From IMG/VR virus record IMGVR_UViG_3300028914_000001, positions 358,151-422,150 of that record: DNA of 64,000 bases. One strand, written 5' to 3'. Numbering within the stretch: the first letter of the stretch is position 1; each line of letters starts with the position of its first letter. The translations under genes and the position numbers were made by a program. This DNA is from a virus. Taxonomy: Duplodnaviria; Heunggongvirae; Uroviricota; Caudoviricetes. Of this stretch, positions 8,831-18,815 are shown in pieces. The notes under the pieces were generated by a model. It worked only from the letters and a program-made list of their open reading frames with translations. It was not told the DNA's origin and searched no databases.

Positions 8831-9967
8831 ATGCAGTTTGGCGTTATTGAGAAGAGAATTACTCGTTTATGGTGCAAGACCCCGGCATTGCTCATAGGTC
8901 CTCCCGGAATAGGAAAGACCCAGTTCTGCCGCAGCCTTGCGGGAAAGCTTGGATTGAAACTTGTCTGCCTCGACTGTTCTCAGTCTGGCGACTCTGGCGA
9001 CCTTATCGGGTTGCTCGAAATCGAGAACCATGTTCACCACCACACCAAACCAGAATGGATGGACACAAAGGAAGCGACCCTAGTCTTTATCGACGAAATC
9101 AACCGTGCCAAGGGCGAAATCATCGCCGCCCTGATGAAGCTGTGTTCCCCCGAACAGTCGTTCAACGGTTTCACGCTCCCGGAAGGTTCCCGTGTCGTGG
9201 TCGCAATCAACCCGTCCAACGTGGATTCCAACCAGGTGCTTCCAATCAACAGGGCCCTGTTCACCCGTTTCGCCCGATACCATGTCGAGGTGGACGCCAA
9301 GTACTGGTGCAGGTGGGCGGCAAACGCCGGAATCAACCAGACGGTCATACGCTTCATAGACGGCCACAACAGCGCCCTCTATGTTGACGATACCGAGCTT
9401 GATTCGGAAGACGAAAACACGGCCAACCCCCGTTCATGGGAGAATTTCGCACGTCTTTTCGACAACGCATACAAGGCTGGCGACTATGTGGACGAGAACG
9501 GCCTGCCAAGACCGGGCGGGATGGAAACCCTGCTTGTGGACGCAACTTCGACCCTCGGCCCCGACATGGCGAAGACTTTCACCGAATGGTTCAAGAAGAA
9601 CGGGAATACTCTCGATGCAGAGGAGGTTCTTCATGCGAACGAATGGGACTGGGTGAAATTCAAGAGTATCATCGACGGGATGAGCGCAATGCAGCTTACA
9701 AAGCTGAGCGATGCCATTGTCGGCAAGATGGCGAACTCCTACGAGAATTCAAGGCAGACGAGGACGATGTCCCTGAACTTCTGGTACTACTACTTCGCAG
9801 TCAAGCCGGAGATAAAGGCCCAGATGTACAACATGCACCTGATAGACCTTGTCCTGCAGATTTCCGAGGGAAAGGACAACTGGCTATCTCGCCTTAGGGA
9901 ACATGTCGGCGAAGACAAGAAGGATATGCTCAAATCCAGTTTCAGCGAGTTCAACCAGGTTAACTGA
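8831..9967 (+). CDS. MoxR-like AAA+ ATPase
   Basis: Walker A GPPGIGKT, Walker B VFIDEINR, AINP, ALFTRF, NPRSWE. Confidence 0.9.
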   Translation: MQFGVIEKRITRLWCKTPALLIGPPGIGKTQFCRSLAGKLGLKLVCLDCSQSGDSGDLIGLLEIENHVHHHTKPEWMDTKEATLVFIDEINRAKGEIIAALMKLCSPEQSFNGFTLPEGSRVVVAINPSNVDSNQVLPINRALFTRFARYHVEVDAKYWCRWAANAGINQTVIRFIDGHNSALYVDDTELDSEDENTANPRSWENFARLFDNAYKAGDYVDENGLPRPGGMETLLVDATSTLGPDMAKTFTEWFKKNGNTLDAEEVLHANEWDWVKFKSIIDGMSAMQLTKLSDAIVGKMANSYENSRQTRTMSLNFWYYYFAVKPEIKAQMYNMHLIDLVLQISEGKDNWLSRLREHVGEDKKDMLKSSFSEFNQVN

Positions 9968-11283
9968 TGTCCGCACTCAGCAAGATAGAACAGGCCAAGG
10001 TGATTCTCGGCTCCGTGAATCCAGCCGCCATGTGCTACATAAACATGGCGCACCCTATCGTCGAGGACGACAGGACGGATACGCTCATGCTCGATGCGCA
10101 CCTTCCTGGGGAACTATACCTTGTCGCAAACAGCAGGTGGGTCGAGAGGATGGACATGAGCGACCTCGCCAAGATTCTCTACATAGAGGCTTCACGAATT
10201 GCGTTGCAGCATGTGACCAAGCGTGCTGTCGACAACAAATTCAACCTGCTTTCGAGCGACATCATTTGCTACTCGATGGCTAGGGGTTGCCTGACCCTGA
10301 ACGGAACGTCCTTCCCGGACTCTCTGGACAGGAGCAAGGCGAGCACCTACTATGAGCAGGGCAAGGTGCTGTACCAGAACGAGACGGGAAAGGAATGGAC
10401 CGACGAATGCGATTTCCACGAGAGGGTGGCGATGTGGATGGAACGGGCCGCCAACAATTCCGGCGACGGGGATGCGGACCCGGATTCCGACGGACAGCAT
10501 GACGAACCGTCTGGATGCGACGGCGATGGAAGCCCGCAGGAAGCCCTCGACGAATACTTCTGTGATGGAACCCGTTCCGACAACTGGTCGCCTAACGAGA
10601 CGGTTTCAAGCGACATTGCGATGGAGACGAAGCACCTGGAAGAGAATGGCGGATTCGACGGGACAAGCTGGGGACTCAGCGCTGGAGACCTCATGTTGAA
10701 GATTCTTGCCGCACAGAGACCGCCCGTGGACTACCGACGTATAATCCGCTCGTTCGTAGGCACTGTCGTCTCGCAGAGGACTGAATCCACCAGGCTGAGG
10801 CAGAACAGGCGGTACAACCTGCTGTTCCCCGGACAGCGTTCCGTATACGACTGCAAGCTGCTCCTTGCAGCAGACTCGTCTGGTTCCATGGACGAGGACG
10901 ACCTGTCTGCCGCCGGATGCCTGATAGCGAAGATAGCGACGGGAAGCCAGATAGACTACTGCTGGTGGGACTGCCACTGCACCCTTCCGAAGACATTCAA
11001 GAGGGGATTTTCCAAGAGCGGGTTCGAGGTCGAGGGCCGTGGCGGGACGAATCCCCAGTGCGTGTTCGACATGCTCAGGGATAATAAACTGATGGGTAAA
11101 TATTCGGGAATCATCATCTTTTCCGACATGATTTTCGACTACATACCGAAACCGAAGGGCATACCCGTGGACAACATGCTGTGGATATGCACTGCCGACG
11201 GCAAGGAGCCCCCTAGATGGGTTCCCCGACGAAGGATTATGCGTTGCAAGGAAATTATGAGCTGCATCAAAAAAGACCCTTGA
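9967..11283 (+). CDS. vWA-domain protein (DUF2201-like)
   Basis: MIDAS DSSGSM, GRGGT, IFSD; translationally coupled to the ATPase; HExxH site degenerate (IEASR). Confidence 0.85.
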   Translation: MSALSKIEQAKVILGSVNPAAMCYINMAHPIVEDDRTDTLMLDAHLPGELYLVANSRWVERMDMSDLAKILYIEASRIALQHVTKRAVDNKFNLLSSDIICYSMARGCLTLNGTSFPDSLDRSKASTYYEQGKVLYQNETGKEWTDECDFHERVAMWMERAANNSGDGDADPDSDGQHDEPSGCDGDGSPQEALDEYFCDGTRSDNWSPNETVSSDIAMETKHLEENGGFDGTSWGLSAGDLMLKILAAQRPPVDYRRIIRSFVGTVVSQRTESTRLRQNRRYNLLFPGQRSVYDCKLLLAADSSGSMDEDDLSAAGCLIAKIATGSQIDYCWWDCHCTLPKTFKRGFSKSGFEVEGRGGTNPQCVFDMLRDNKLMGKYSGIIIFSDMIFDYIPKPKGIPVDNMLWICTADGKEPPRWVPRRRIMRCKEIMSCIKKDP

Positions 11284-11308
11284 TTTTGTTTCTGACTGTA
11301 TTTATATT
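11280..11308 (+). promoter_or_regulatory. sigma70-like promoter for the DNA polymerase
   Basis: TTGATT-N17-TATATT. Confidence 0.55.
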
Positions 11309-11373
11309 TGGATAGATACAGTTAGCTTGTTCATAATATAGTTAATTAAATTGAGCTATTATGAGGTTTTTAC

Positions 11374-14316
11374 ATGAGCGATAAGCAAGAAGAGCTGCCT
11401 AAGAAGAAGATGTGGTCCACCATCTACCACGACACGGCAAACGACCAGATGTACATGTGGTATATCGACGGGACCAGCGAGGTTCTTCCAGTAAGGCACC
11501 GTTCCTATACGAACCGTCTTGGTGAATACGGTGCTGTCGAGTGCGGGATGAAGGACATCTTCGGAAACGATGTGTACGAGTTCTACCTGTCCCACAACGA
11601 GGAAAAGGAAATCAAGCGGAACTATCAGGGTTCGCAAAACCATTTCAACGAGATTGATATCGACCCACGATGCCGATTCCTGCAACAGCAGTATGAAGGA
11701 TACGACATCGAGCCGCCGAAAATCAAGGACATGAACCTTTGCTTCCTTGATATCGAAGTCTCGACCGAGGGTAGGTTTCCTGTCCCTTGGTTGGCTGAAT
11801 ACCCGATTAACCTCATCATCCTCAACTTTGCAGAATACTCAGTCCAGTTCGGAACCCTCGAAGTTGATGATGCGACCCTTGAAAAGTACAAGGCTTTGAA
11901 CTGCCAGTACATCAAGTGCGCAACCGAAGCGGAACTCCTGACGGGCACTTTCAACTACATCAGGGAGCATAACGTAGATATCCTCTCTGGTTGGAACTTC
12001 GCATACGATACCGAGTTCATTTACCGCCGTGCAAAGAAGCTTGGCATCCCTCTCAAACTCATGTCGAGAATGCCAGCCGGAACCGAAAGAGCTTACTTCG
12101 ACGAGAAGAAGAAAGAGCTTCATATCGCTGGTACGGAAGTCATGGACTTCTACCTCCTCTACAAGAAGTACACTTTCTCCGAAGAGCCGAGCTACAAACT
12201 CGATTACATCGCAGAAAAGGAAGTTGGCGAGAACAAGGCTCCGCTTCCTGATGGATACCTTTCGTGGAAAACATATCCCTCAGAGTTCTCATACTATAAC
12301 GTGATAGACGGTGTCCTGTGTAGAAAAATCCAGAACAAGAAAAAGATGTTCGACCTTGCGCTTATGTCCTCTGCTGAGGCACGAGTGCCGATTACATCCG
12401 TGTTCGAATCCAAGAAGATGATGGTGGGCTTCGTTCTGAACCACCTTCACAAGCAGCACATGGTGTTCCCTGTTTACAGGCCTACTGCAAAGGAGGAATA
12501 CCCCGGCGCATTCGTGTATTCCGTCCCTGGGTTCTACAAGATAGAGGTTTCGTACGACTACCGAAGCCTTTATCCGTCAATCATGATGACATTCAACATC
12601 AGCCCTGAAACCAAGGTTATCAAGCCGATTGACTATGTGCTTACCGAGGAGGAAAAGAAGGTCCTCATCAGGTCGCCGTGGACTCATAACGGCCAATACC
12701 AGGTGTTCTACCGCAAGGATGTGGAAGGTATCGTTCCTCAGGTTACTAGAAAGCTGTTCAACGGTCGTGCCGAACTGAAGATTAAGAAGAAGCAGGCCGA
12801 AAAGGACGGTAACGAAGAACTGATGGAAATATACGACATGATGCAGAAGGTGTACAAGGTGCTCGGTAACTCCCTGTACGGCTTGCTCGGTACTCCGTTC
12901 TTCGCTTTCTACGATATCGACAATGCTGCATCAATTACGGCTTACGGCCAAAAGCTCATCAAGTATACCTGCAAGAACCTTGCCGAGTACATCAACAACG
13001 ACTTGTCCAAGGACCAGAGGTTTATCAACACGTTCGGCTACTCCCCGAAAATCAACCCTGACTACTGCGGTGAAATCTTCTGGAACGAAGCGAACGTGGA
13101 CTTCGACGATGTTGAAAAGGCGACTGAATGGGGTTACGACATCACGAGTGACATCCTGCAACGAAGAATGTCCCACGGTGATACCGACTCCTTCTACGCC
13201 AAGTTCGATGACATCTACGAGGAGTTCAGCAAGAACCAGGGCAAGAAAGTTCAGGTTGTCGTGTATGACGGACACCAGATTATTCAGAAGAACGACTTCA
13301 ATGCACTGGACGAGATGGCCTACAAGAAGAACTTCGCCCTTATGGCCCATACATATTGCCCGGATGTCTACCATAACCCGAAGAACATGGAACCTCAGGA
13401 AGTCAAGGGCAGCAAGTTCAAGTTCACCAAGTTGCAGATTATGTACAAGGACGGCATGATTTCGAACAAGCGTTACCGGGTCATTCTCAACCGTTACCGC
13501 CTGACCGACTTCTGCCGTATGTTGGATGCTTCCATTCTTGAAGAGAAGCTGGATGAGTACATGCTTGGTTACGCATCGTCTTGGGGCTTCCGTACGAACG
13601 AACTGTTCCTGAAACGTGAAAAGTGCATCTACAAGACCATCGTGACCGCCAAGAAGAAATACATCTGCGTGGCCGAATCCAACGAAGACATCGTGTACCT
13701 TGACATGAAGAAGGAAGACCTCCCGATTCATCCGCACTACGCAATCACTGGTCTCGAAATCGTGCGTTCATCGACTACCATGTTCTCTCGTGAACGTATG
13801 ATGGACACCGTGGAGCTCATGATGGATACCATGGACAGGGAAACCCTCCGTAAGCGTGTCGTGGAAATCAAGGACGAGTACACCCAGAAGATTATGGACC
13901 AGTCGTACCTTGATATTTCCTGTCCGTCAGGTGTCAAGGAAGAACCTCCTGAATACACAGAGATGATTAACTTCCCTAAGGAAGAACTGAAGAAAATCGA
14001 CTGGCGTAGAAAGGCGGCCTCCGTTTGGAACTACCTTATCCTCAATGACCGTGAACTCATGAAGAAGCCGTACGAACCTATCCATGCTGGCGACAAGATG
14101 AAGTACATCAAGGTGTGCGACAACCCGTTCGGTATCACGGCTATCGGTTACACTGGCGATGTAGTCCCGCCTCGCTTGCTCCAACTGTTCCAGCCGGACT
14201 GGGAAGGCCACTGGAAGGTCACCGTGTCCAACATCCTTGGGCGTTTGTTCAAGGCGGTAGGATGGGGTGAGAACATCGAGGAAGACCAGACTGAAATGAT
14301 GTGCGACCTGTTCTAA
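11374..14316 (+). CDS. family B DNA polymerase (T4 gp43-like) with 3'-5' exonuclease
   Basis: Exo motifs DIE, GWN...YD, YNVID; polymerase motifs DYRSLYPS, KVLGNSLYG, GDTDS; KKKY; GLEIVRS. Confidence 0.97.
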   Translation: MSDKQEELPKKKMWSTIYHDTANDQMYMWYIDGTSEVLPVRHRSYTNRLGEYGAVECGMKDIFGNDVYEFYLSHNEEKEIKRNYQGSQNHFNEIDIDPRCRFLQQQYEGYDIEPPKIKDMNLCFLDIEVSTEGRFPVPWLAEYPINLIILNFAEYSVQFGTLEVDDATLEKYKALNCQYIKCATEAELLTGTFNYIREHNVDILSGWNFAYDTEFIYRRAKKLGIPLKLMSRMPAGTERAYFDEKKKELHIAGTEVMDFYLLYKKYTFSEEPSYKLDYIAEKEVGENKAPLPDGYLSWKTYPSEFSYYNVIDGVLCRKIQNKKKMFDLALMSSAEARVPITSVFESKKMMVGFVLNHLHKQHMVFPVYRPTAKEEYPGAFVYSVPGFYKIEVSYDYRSLYPSIMMTFNISPETKVIKPIDYVLTEEEKKVLIRSPWTHNGQYQVFYRKDVEGIVPQVTRKLFNGRAELKIKKKQAEKDGNEELMEIYDMMQKVYKVLGNSLYGLLGTPFFAFYDIDNAASITAYGQKLIKYTCKNLAEYINNDLSKDQRFINTFGYSPKINPDYCGEIFWNEANVDFDDVEKATEWGYDITSDILQRRMSHGDTDSFYAKFDDIYEEFSKNQGKKVQVVVYDGHQIIQKNDFNALDEMAYKKNFALMAHTYCPDVYHNPKNMEPQEVKGSKFKFTKLQIMYKDGMISNKRYRVILNRYRLTDFCRMLDASILEEKLDEYMLGYASSWGFRTNELFLKREKCIYKTIVTAKKKYICVAESNEDIVYLDMKKEDLPIHPHYAITGLEIVRSSTTMFSRERMMDTVELMMDTMDRETLRKRVVEIKDEYTQKIMDQSYLDISCPSGVKEEPPEYTEMINFPKEELKKIDWRRKAASVWNYLILNDRELMKKPYEPIHAGDKMKYIKVCDNPFGITAIGYTGDVVPPRLLQLFQPDWEGHWKVTVSNILGRLFKAVGWGENIEEDQTEMMCDLF

Positions 14317-14318
14317 TC

Positions 14319-14354
14319 AAAAAGCGGCCCGAAATTCGGACCGCTTCTTTTTTG
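14319..14354. terminator. bidirectional intrinsic terminator
   Basis: AAGCGG...CCGCTT stem flanked by A and T runs. Confidence 0.75.
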
Positions 14355-14371
14355 CATTGAGTAAAATTTGT

Positions 14372-15934
14372 CTATGCACCCCCGAAGGCTTTCTTTGCCT
14401 CGGCGGTTTTTTTCTTGACATTTTCGATGACGGTGCATATCGTCTGCACATCGGCCAAGAGCTTTTTATCATCACCCTGCTTGACAGCAGCGAGCATGTT
14501 GTCTGCATTGTCGAGAAGTTTTTCTAGCTCAGATACACAACTATCTACATCTTCTGCGCTCATGTCGTTTGAATGGCCTTTCTTGTACAGGTCGATGTTC
14601 TTTTCCATAGTTTTCTTGTAGTTCTCTAACAGAGTGCTCCAATTCTGCTTGTACTCAGTCTCGTCGAGTCGTTTAATGCCTGACACGAACTGGTTCATCA
14701 CTTCTTGCTTGGTGATTCCCATGAAGTCGAAGAAGATTTTAAGGGATTTCTTTACCTGACGGCGAGCGGCGGAGACAAGCCCGTTGATTTGCGTCTGTGC
14801 TTCTTTCTGTGTCATTTTGCCGCTGCTGAACTTTTTCTGTATATTGTTAACTTCCGCCTGGTCCTTCTCGTCAAGAATCTTAGTTTGCTTCAGGTTAAGA
14901 TAGTCGTTAATGTCGTCGCTTAATCTGGTGTTCTTAGATTCGTTTTCTTCTGGATTCATCCAGCTCATCGTACTATTTGGGTCAGATGCATTCAACTTGA
15001 TTCTGCCAAGATGGTACTTCTTGACAGCGATGTTCATGATGTAATCGGACAGCGCCTTACCAGAAGGATTTCCTTGGCAGAACTGATTGAATTCTTCATT
15101 TTCTGACGCCACAGTTTTGGCCAGTTTTGTCTTAGGGGCTCCATCGGCATTGGTAGACTGTGAACTGAACGTACTCTGCGCTGCAGCACTGTTTTCATCC
15201 AACGCCTGTATGCCGTACAACAGGTTTTGGATTTCTTCATCGAAATCCTTTACTTCGTCATAGAATTCCTCTCGTACACTCGATTTGCCGTCGCTTTCGA
15301 AATATTTTTTTAGCTCATCCAACATTTGCGGTACGATATCCGTCATGTCTGTTTTGATGGTGTCAAATGCGTGTTCTGTCTGCGTAAAGCTAAACCAAGC
15401 ATTTCCTTGTTTGAGGAATCCACTAAGGGCAGGAGGGAAATTCTCTGTACAGTATTTATCGAAGTTGATGAAGTTGTTGTACAGGTAAAGTACATGTATA
15501 GCGTTTTTCTGTAGAGACACTATACCCTTATCAGGGTTTTTAATTTCTAGGTATTTTTTATAATCCTTAACCTTGCTTGCTATTTCTGGCGGAAGACTGT
15601 CCAACTGACCGAGTATTGCATTCCATCCCTTAGCATCGTCATTGATGGTTGCTTCTTCCCTGTCGTCGTTCGAGACGGTGTAGTCGCTATCGTGAGCTTC
15701 CTTTGAGACGAACTCATCGTTCGGCTTCTCGGGTTGTCCAACCGTCTGTGTCTCCGTGGACGCACCGTCGTCCGAGACTTCCTGATAGTCGTAAGTTGCG
15801 TTGATAGCGTCTTCGTCCAAGCCAGCATTCTGCATGATTTCGTTGAGCTTCGCAAGAAGTTCTTTCTTAGTGCGAAGCACATCGTCTACACGCTTTCCAG
15901 TTTTCTTGTACAACAAATAAGATTTCGTTGCCAT
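14372..15934 (-). CDS. large helical hypothetical protein, possibly virion-associated
   Basis: ATG 15934 with AAGGAG 6 nt upstream; last gene of the late operon. Confidence 0.75.
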   Translation of the reverse strand: MATKSYLLYKKTGKRVDDVLRTKKELLAKLNEIMQNAGLDEDAINATYDYQEVSDDGASTETQTVGQPEKPNDEFVSKEAHDSDYTVSNDDREEATINDDAKGWNAILGQLDSLPPEIASKVKDYKKYLEIKNPDKGIVSLQKNAIHVLYLYNNFINFDKYCTENFPPALSGFLKQGNAWFSFTQTEHAFDTIKTDMTDIVPQMLDELKKYFESDGKSSVREEFYDEVKDFDEEIQNLLYGIQALDENSAAAQSTFSSQSTNADGAPKTKLAKTVASENEEFNQFCQGNPSGKALSDYIMNIAVKKYHLGRIKLNASDPNSTMSWMNPEENESKNTRLSDDINDYLNLKQTKILDEKDQAEVNNIQKKFSSGKMTQKEAQTQINGLVSAARRQVKKSLKIFFDFMGITKQEVMNQFVSGIKRLDETEYKQNWSTLLENYKKTMEKNIDLYKKGHSNDMSAEDVDSCVSELEKLLDNADNMLAAVKQGDDKKLLADVQTICTVIENVKKKTAEAKKAFGGA

Positions 15935-15944
15935 ACTCATCTCC

Positions 15945-17135
15945 TTATTCTTCCTTGGCATAGTCCAAGATGTTCTTGTGTTCAGTTTCCTTTGCATTGC
16001 CCTGTTGAGCCTTGTTATCTTCCGTCGGTTTCTGCGGCGTATTTACCGTTTTCTGCTCCGTAGGTTTCTGGGAAGAGCTTTCGTCAATGCAGTCGCTGTC
16101 CTTGATGTTTTCGGCAAGCTGGAACGTATTAGGTTTCATCTTGTCTCCACTTGCGTTCTCTGCGTCGCATCTTGCAATCCACCACTTGAACTGGTCACGG
16201 TCCTTCACATGCTTGATGACATATGTCCTAGCGGCTGCCCTAGACTTGAAGAATCCGATACGGACACGCCATACATCCTTGCGGCTAGAGTTATGCGCTT
16301 GACCATCGTACTGATAAATATACACGCCTTTCACGCCTTCGTCAAATTCGTGCTTTGCCTGGTATGCGGCGGTCTTTTTGTTATTGCTGCTGTATGACAC
16401 GAGGTTAACAACGTATGGGTATTTAGGGTTGCATTGCTCGCCTCTGATTTCTTGGAAATCACTGTCCTTCCATTTGTACTGCGGGGCCGGGGCCTTCTTC
16501 TCTGGTTTTTGTAGTTCCTGTGTCTTGACAGGCGCTTCGGTAACCTTCTTTGGTTCCGGGCATACTGGCGGGCATTCGACCTTCGGCGGTTCAACCTTCG
16601 GCGGTTCAACCTTCGGTTCTGGTTGCCTTACGGGAGTAGGAGGTTCTACCTGCGGAGGAGGTGGAGGAACATTGTCCCAAGCATCGTTGGCATGCATGTT
16701 GACACGAGCTTCATATCCTCTCGGGTCAATCTTTTGTCGTGAGCGGTTCATTTCGATTTGTTCGTAATGCTTGTCGGCTGCGTTTCCTCTGGGGTTAAAC
16801 TTCTGCCAAGCGATTACGTTTGCCCCTGTGGGAGGTTGCAGGCTTGCATTTCGGGCGACAGCGTCGTTTCCGTTGAAGCGTGTCTTTTCACTCCATCTGT
16901 TCGTTTTACGAGGGTCGGTTGCGCCAAGTCCAGTCCTGAAACGAACCCCCTCCCTGGTTACACCCTCACGGTACTCGAACAAGGCTCTGTGTGCGTTAGC
17001 TACTGCCTCGACAAGTTCACGGGGAGCGATTTCGCTTACTGCCTCGACGAAGGCACGAAAGCGCTTCTTTGCAATCCTTTTTGGACTAAGTGTGCCTTCC
17101 ATCAAGGCTACATCGTATTTTTCCCTATTATTCAT
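15945..17135 (-). CDS. Pro-rich protein with SPOR-like peptidoglycan-binding domain
   Basis: YVVNLVSYS...VWRVRIGFFKSRAAA; PKVEP repeats; AAGGAG RBS. Confidence 0.7.
   Translation of the reverse strand: MNNREKYDVALMEGTLSPKRIAKKRFRAFVEAVSEIAPRELVEAVANAHRALFEYREGVTREGVRFRTGLGATDPRKTNRWSEKTRFNGNDAVARNASLQPPTGANVIAWQKFNPRGNAADKHYEQIEMNRSRQKIDPRGYEARVNMHANDAWDNVPPPPPQVEPPTPVRQPEPKVEPPKVEPPKVECPPVCPEPKKVTEAPVKTQELQKPEKKAPAPQYKWKDSDFQEIRGEQCNPKYPYVVNLVSYSSNNKKTAAYQAKHEFDEGVKGVYIYQYDGQAHNSSRKDVWRVRIGFFKSRAAARTYVIKHVKDRDQFKWWIARCDAENASGDKMKPNTFQLAENIKDSDCIDESSSQKPTEQKTVNTPQKPTEDNKAQQGNAKETEHKNILDYAKEE
16579..16620 (-). repeat. 15-bp coding tandem repeat (PKVEP x3)
   Basis: cttcggcggttcaac units. Confidence 0.8.
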
Positions 17136-17153
17136 AGCATTCTCCTTAAACCG

Positions 17154-18713
17154 TTATTGTGCATCGCCTGCATCGAACATTTCGTGCAGGGCTTCGCTAA
17201 GACCGTCTATTTTCAAAGCCTCGTTAATTGCTTCCTGGTCAGTCTCGTTTGCAGATGAATATTCTTTAAGCATCTCTTTCGCCTTGCTTTCGTCACCGTC
17301 GTTCAGGAACATGAAGTATGCGGTGAGCAAGGAACCGACGAGCGCACCGACAGTTTTTCCTGTCGTACTGTCAAATCCGAGCAACTGCGCTCCGTATTTA
17401 CCAGCGATGCCTCCACCAATCACGGCGATTGCCTTGGCTACCGTCTTGGCTGTATCCATCTTGCTTCCGTCAATGTCAATCCATTCGAGGTTGATATCTT
17501 CCGGGTTAGTGATGATATCGTACAGCTTGTAGCCGCCATAAGTCAGTCCGGCAAGGGCACCAAGTTTGAGCGCTCCCTTGAATGCTTTCCATGCCCCAAT
17601 CCTTACTTGGTTCACCGTTCCGATTACAGGAATCCTGTTGATGAGTGAGTTGAGCAAACCGGGTTTACCGAATCTTGCATAGAACGGGATTCCGTACTGG
17701 TCAACATACATTCCTGCATTAGGGTTGCCGTTGAATCTCCTGTTTCTCTCGCTGAACGGGTTACGATTGGCTTGTGCGTTACCGAAGTACCGGGAGCTTG
17801 GCTGCGACAACCTGGCTTCTCTATTGACCATGTTGATTCGTTGGTCGATTTCATTTAATTGCGGTTGGTACCTCTGGATTACCTCATCACGGGCCTTATA
17901 ATGGTCATTAACGAGCTTGTTTAGTCGTTTTTTGTGGTTTACAGGCAGGATTGGTGCTATCTTCTGCTGCTCTTCGAGCTTTCTGAGATTTTCTTTGAAC
18001 GAGTTCTCTAGTTGTTCTATCTCTTGGTTTCGGGCGAACTCTATCTGTTCCTTTGAGTTTGCCAGTTCATTGACATTGAAGTTCCTCGAACCTTTGTTGA
18101 ATCCGATGTCCATCATTTCGTTGTACTCGGTTCCTGCTTTGCCGGATGCCTTGAACCTCAGGTCGTTCATCTTTTGACGAACCTTTTGTCTGCTGTCAAA
18201 TAGCTTTTCAGCCTTCTTTGCGTTTCTGCCGCTGAGATTGTATGGGTCGAGGCCCATTATCCTGTCAAGACGCTCGGACAGTTTAGCATCCTTGGTTGCG
18301 AGCTTGCCAAACTTCTCCAATCGGTTGGCTTTTCTGCCAGCGGTCGAAAACAGGTTCTTTACCCAAGTCATCGGGCCTTCCATAAGAATCTGTATCTGCT
18401 GGTCGTCAAGGCTTTCAAGGAAGTTCACCTTTTCATTATCGCTCATGCTATCGACCAACGCCGTCAAATTCTGCTGGTCTTCAAGGCTCATGATGCTAGG
18501 CGAAGCTTCGGCAACATCCGTTATGACCTGCTCGTCGGCTGCCGTATCTACTACGTCATCTACGGCGTCCTTTACGGCAGTTGCCACGGTATCGGCAACT
18601 TGTTCGGCATCCTGTGCCCCAAACAGTGCGTTATGGAGCTGCATGACGCTTTCAAGCTGGTTCTTCGAGAGAATCTTTCTCGCCGATTGCTCAAATAGCT
18701 GCTTATTGTTCAT
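17154..18713 (-). CDS. late protein with coiled coil and Gly-rich C-terminal membrane helices
   Basis: 519 aa; GALAGLTYGG, IGGGIAG and GALVGSLL segments. Confidence 0.75.
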   Translation of the reverse strand: MNNKQLFEQSARKILSKNQLESVMQLHNALFGAQDAEQVADTVATAVKDAVDDVVDTAADEQVITDVAEASPSIMSLEDQQNLTALVDSMSDNEKVNFLESLDDQQIQILMEGPMTWVKNLFSTAGRKANRLEKFGKLATKDAKLSERLDRIMGLDPYNLSGRNAKKAEKLFDSRQKVRQKMNDLRFKASGKAGTEYNEMMDIGFNKGSRNFNVNELANSKEQIEFARNQEIEQLENSFKENLRKLEEQQKIAPILPVNHKKRLNKLVNDHYKARDEVIQRYQPQLNEIDQRINMVNREARLSQPSSRYFGNAQANRNPFSERNRRFNGNPNAGMYVDQYGIPFYARFGKPGLLNSLINRIPVIGTVNQVRIGAWKAFKGALKLGALAGLTYGGYKLYDIITNPEDINLEWIDIDGSKMDTAKTVAKAIAVIGGGIAGKYGAQLLGFDSTTGKTVGALVGSLLTAYFMFLNDGDESKAKEMLKEYSSANETDQEAINEALKIDGLSEALHEMFDAGDAQ

Positions 18714-18740
18714 ATTTTAACTCAATGCTTAACTGCAAAT

Positions 18741-18748
18741 AGTTTATA
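18741..18748 (-). promoter_or_regulatory. putative late promoter TATAAACT
   Basis: 27 nt upstream of ATG 18713. Confidence 0.65.
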
Positions 18749-18766
18749 ACCTTTTCTGAAGCCCTG

Positions 18767-18795
18767 TTGACAATATCTGGTGTTTTTTCTATTTT
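18767..18795 (+). promoter_or_regulatory. sigma70-like promoter
   Basis: TTGACA-N17-TATTTT. Confidence 0.7.
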
Positions 18796-18815
18796 TACAT
18801 GAAAAGGAAAAAGAT

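Noticed and set aside
11374-14316. Intein or intron in the DNA polymerase
   Set aside because: The ORF is continuous, and the insertions lack Cys/Ser...His-Asn termini and homing-endonuclease motifs
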